Below, in pieces: positions 62,045 through 64,000 of a stretch of 64,000 nucleotides of DNA. The notes below the pieces were generated by a model, which made no database searches, was not told where the DNA came from, and saw only the letters and a program-made list of their open reading frames with translations. Origin of the DNA: Anaerolineae bacterium. Lineage in GTDB: Bacteria > Chloroflexota > Anaerolineae > B4-G1 > SLSP01. The stretch covers positions 16,442 through 80,441 of the forward strand of contig DAOUAQ010000116.1 in assembly GCA_034433375.1 (NCBI GenBank), written 5' to 3'. A program made the position numbers and the translations under genes. Each line of letters begins with the position of its first letter. The stretch's first letter is position 1.

Positions 62045-63163
62045 ATGAAACTTTCTTGCTTGCAGGAAAATCTGTCAAAGGGATTGAGTATTGTTGGGCG
62101 GGCGGTTCCATCCCGCACGACGATGCCAATTTTGGGGAACATTTTATTGGCGACAGATCATGGGCAGCTCAAACTGGCGGCTACCAATCTGGAGCTGAGT
62201 GTGGTGCATTGGGTTGGAGCGCGCGTCGAAACCGACGGCGCGCTGACCGTTCCTGCGCGCAATTTCATTGATCTGGTAAACTCATTGCCGCCGGATCAGG
62301 TGGACCTGGCGATGGACGACCAAACGCTTTCCCTGGCGTTGAACTGCGGCACGGTGAAGGCCAGCTTCCGCGGCATCTCCGCCGAGGAGTTCCCGGTGGT
62401 GCCGGAGCCGGAGCAAGGGGATGGTTTCGCCGTCGAAGCTGCCGACCTGCGCGCGGGCCTGGTGCAGGTCACGTTCGCGGCCTCCACCGACGAGAGCCAT
62501 CCGGTACTCACCGGCGTCCTGGCAGAATTTGAGGGCAGCACGCTCACGTTAGCCGCCGCCGATGGCTTCCGCCTGTCCATGCGCCAGATTCCGCTGATCC
62601 ATCCGGTTCCTACGCCGTTCAGCGTCATCATCCCGGCGCGGGCGCTCTCTGAGCTGATGCGCATCATCGGCAGCCAGGAAGAGCCGGTGAACATCTCGAC
62701 GACGCACCCGCACAACCAGATCCTCTTCAAGCTGACGGACACGGTGCTCAATTCGCAACTGATTGATGGCAACTTCCCCGACGTGCGGCGCATCATCCCC
62801 GCTTCGTCCAGGACGCGGGTTGTGTTGGGCCGCGAGGAAATCCTGCAAGCCTGCAAGCGCGCGGCCATCTTCGCCCGCGACGTTGCCAACATCGTCACGC
62901 TCTCCATCGAAGCGGGTGAAATCGTGGTGTCGGCGGATTCCGCCGAATCGGGACAAGGCTCCACGCGCTTGATGGCGAATGTGGAAGGTGACGGCCTGGA
63001 AATAGCGTTCAACGTGCGCTTCCTGATTGATGTTTTCTCGGCATTGGATACGCCGCAGGTTGCGCTCGAACTTAACGCGCCCACTAATCCCGGCGTTATC
63101 AAGGCGGTCGGGGACGACGCTTTCGTTCACGTCGTGATGCCGATGCATCTGGGGCGGCGCTAG
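62045..63163 (+). CDS. dnaN: DNA polymerase III beta subunit (sliding clamp)
   Basis: 372 aa from ATG 62045 with an AGGAGG RBS. The sequence 'MKLSCLQENLSKGLSIVGRAVPSRTTMPILGNILLATDHGQLKLAATNLELS...VEGDGLEIAFNVRFLIDVFSAL' has typical DnaN N- and C-terminal motifs. The longer upstream-extended ORF 61742.. overlaps the previous gene and is rejected. Confidence 0.85.
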   Translation: MKLSCLQENLSKGLSIVGRAVPSRTTMPILGNILLATDHGQLKLAATNLELSVVHWVGARVETDGALTVPARNFIDLVNSLPPDQVDLAMDDQTLSLALNCGTVKASFRGISAEEFPVVPEPEQGDGFAVEAADLRAGLVQVTFAASTDESHPVLTGVLAEFEGSTLTLAAADGFRLSMRQIPLIHPVPTPFSVIIPARALSELMRIIGSQEEPVNISTTHPHNQILFKLTDTVLNSQLIDGNFPDVRRIIPASSRTRVVLGREEILQACKRAAIFARDVANIVTLSIEAGEIVVSADSAESGQGSTRLMANVEGDGLEIAFNVRFLIDVFSALDTPQVALELNAPTNPGVIKAVGDDAFVHVVMPMHLGRR

Positions 63164-63262
63164 ACAAGCCTTCAGTTATCAGCAATCGGCTATCAGCACA
63201 TAGAACCAAAGGCCGAAAGCTGACCGCTGATCGCTCGTGGTTAATCGCGGGACCAAGAATGG

Positions 63263-63283
63263 GGTCGTGGCGACCTTGTTTTT
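63263..63283 (+). terminator. Terminator-like hairpin after dnaN (ggtcg-tgg-cgacc plus TTGTTTTT)
   Basis: Stem 63263-63267 pairs with 63271-63275 and is followed by 'ttgttttt'. It is embedded in a larger imperfect palindrome 'ggaccaa...ttggtcc'. Confidence 0.4.
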
Positions 63284-63324
63284 GGTCCTGTTTTACGTAA
63301 TGATATGGGTTGGTGATACAAGCT

Positions 63325-64000
63325 ATGGAGAAAATAGAACGACATGCGCGGGAACTTCCCTCGGCGGCGCTCTATCGCGCCTGTGATCCGGGGAGGTTTC
63401 CATTCACGGCAACCGACGCGTTGCCTTATGTCCCGATGATTATTGGACAGGATCGGGCTGTGGAAGCCATCCACTTTGGATTGGACATCCAGAGTCCCGG
63501 TTTTAACGTTTTCGTGATGGGGCCGGTTGGAACAGGCCGACGCTCAATTTTGGGACGCATCGTGCGCGAGCAGGCGGCGCGGGCTGAAACACCGAGCGAT
63601 TGGGTATACGTCAACCACTTCGCCGATCCGGGAACGCCCAGAGCCATCAGTCTGCCGCCGGGCCGGGGCAGCGAGCTGCGCGCCGACATGGAACGCTTCA
63701 ACAGTGGCTTGATGGATCGTCTGCTTCAGGCCTTCGAGACCGACCAGTATGCCGAGGCGCGCGAGAAATTAGAGCAGCAGTTCCGCGAAATGCAGCAAGG
63801 GGAACTTTCCTCGGTGGATATGGCCTGCCGGGAGCGGGGCTTCGCGCTGGTGCGGTCGCCTTCCGGGCTGTACATCTCCCCGGTGCGCGACGGTGAATTG
63901 CTGACCCCGGAAGCGTTCAGCCAACTGCAAGCCGATGACCGCGCCTATGTGGAGCAGAACCTGAATCTGCTGGAAGATATGCTCGGCAGCGCGATGCGCC
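63325..64000 (+). CDS. 3'-truncated AAA+ ATPase of the Lon-like (LonB-type) protease family
   Basis: ATG 63325. The sequence is 'MEKIERHARELP...ALPYVPMIIGQDRAVEAIHFGLDIQSPGFNVFVMGPVGTGRRSILGRIV'. It has a Walker-A-like GPVGTGR. The frame is open to the window end. Confidence 0.55.
   Translation, partial: MEKIERHARELPSAALYRACDPGRFPFTATDALPYVPMIIGQDRAVEAIHFGLDIQSPGFNVFVMGPVGTGRRSILGRIVREQAARAETPSDWVYVNHFADPGTPRAISLPPGRGSELRADMERFNSGLMDRLLQAFETDQYAEAREKLEQQFREMQQGELSSVDMACRERGFALVRSPSGLYISPVRDGELLTPEAFSQLQADDRAYVEQNLNLLEDMLGSAMR

Noticed and set aside
1-64000. All other minus-strand ORFs of 60-260 aa between 1 and 49454 in the ORF track (e.g. 506..1111, 1683..2348, 9654..10220, 10236..10808, 15550..16131, 44943..45659, 45762..46550, 48045..48692, 48693..49445)
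   Set aside because: Every one lies inside and antisense to a long plus-strand gene with clear GAF/PAS/HAMP/kinase motifs. They are the expected stop-free antisense frames of high-GC coding sequence.
49820-64000. CRISPR array or tRNA/ncRNA genes in the intergenic hairpin regions
   Set aside because: The hairpins are single or paired inverted repeats of 9-17 bp. They lack regularly spaced direct repeats with unique spacers. No cloverleaf-compatible 70-90-nt segments with the conserved tRNA T-loop (GTTCRANYC) were seen.

Overview
High-GC (~62%) bacterial chromosomal window. The protein motifs ('NPxLPDTRSExALPL', 'LYYVGLFLVD') recur in Chloroflexi-type (Caldilineae-like) GAF proteins I recognise, but that is recollection, not a search result. 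The first ~49.5 kb is one uninterrupted, co-directional (+ strand) array of 21 tightly packed, often overlapping genes. Nineteen of them encode paralogous multi-GAF-domain sensor proteins of 470-2900 aa, and two tandem small genes encode SpoIIAA-like (STAS-like) proteins. The GAF proteins carry different N-terminal input modules: an HTH-less LacI-type periplasmic-binding-protein (PBP) core, a COG2984-type PBP, multi-TM plus Cache plus HAMP, PAS, and soluble tandem HAMP. Almost all end in the same ~55-residue C-terminal tail instead of a recognisable output domain. The array ends in a 2898-aa giant hybrid histidine kinase (PAS, ~11 GAF, HisKA, HATPase, REC, REC), the only canonical output in the cluster. 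I consider this array the unusual and possibly undescribed system in the window. The last ~14.5 kb is ordinary core/accessory content: ferredoxin, a standalone PHP hydrolase, PolX, a ROK-like protein, a VanW-like protein, a GH94 cellobiose-phosphorylase-like gene, a VapBC-like TA pair, an O-antigen-ligase-like membrane protein, dnaN and a 3'-truncated Lon-like AAA protease. Several intergenic hairpins in this part share an AAAACGTAAA core. There are no rRNA or tRNA genes, CRISPR arrays or obvious IS/transposase genes. Domain calls are from motif recognition by eye and no database was run.
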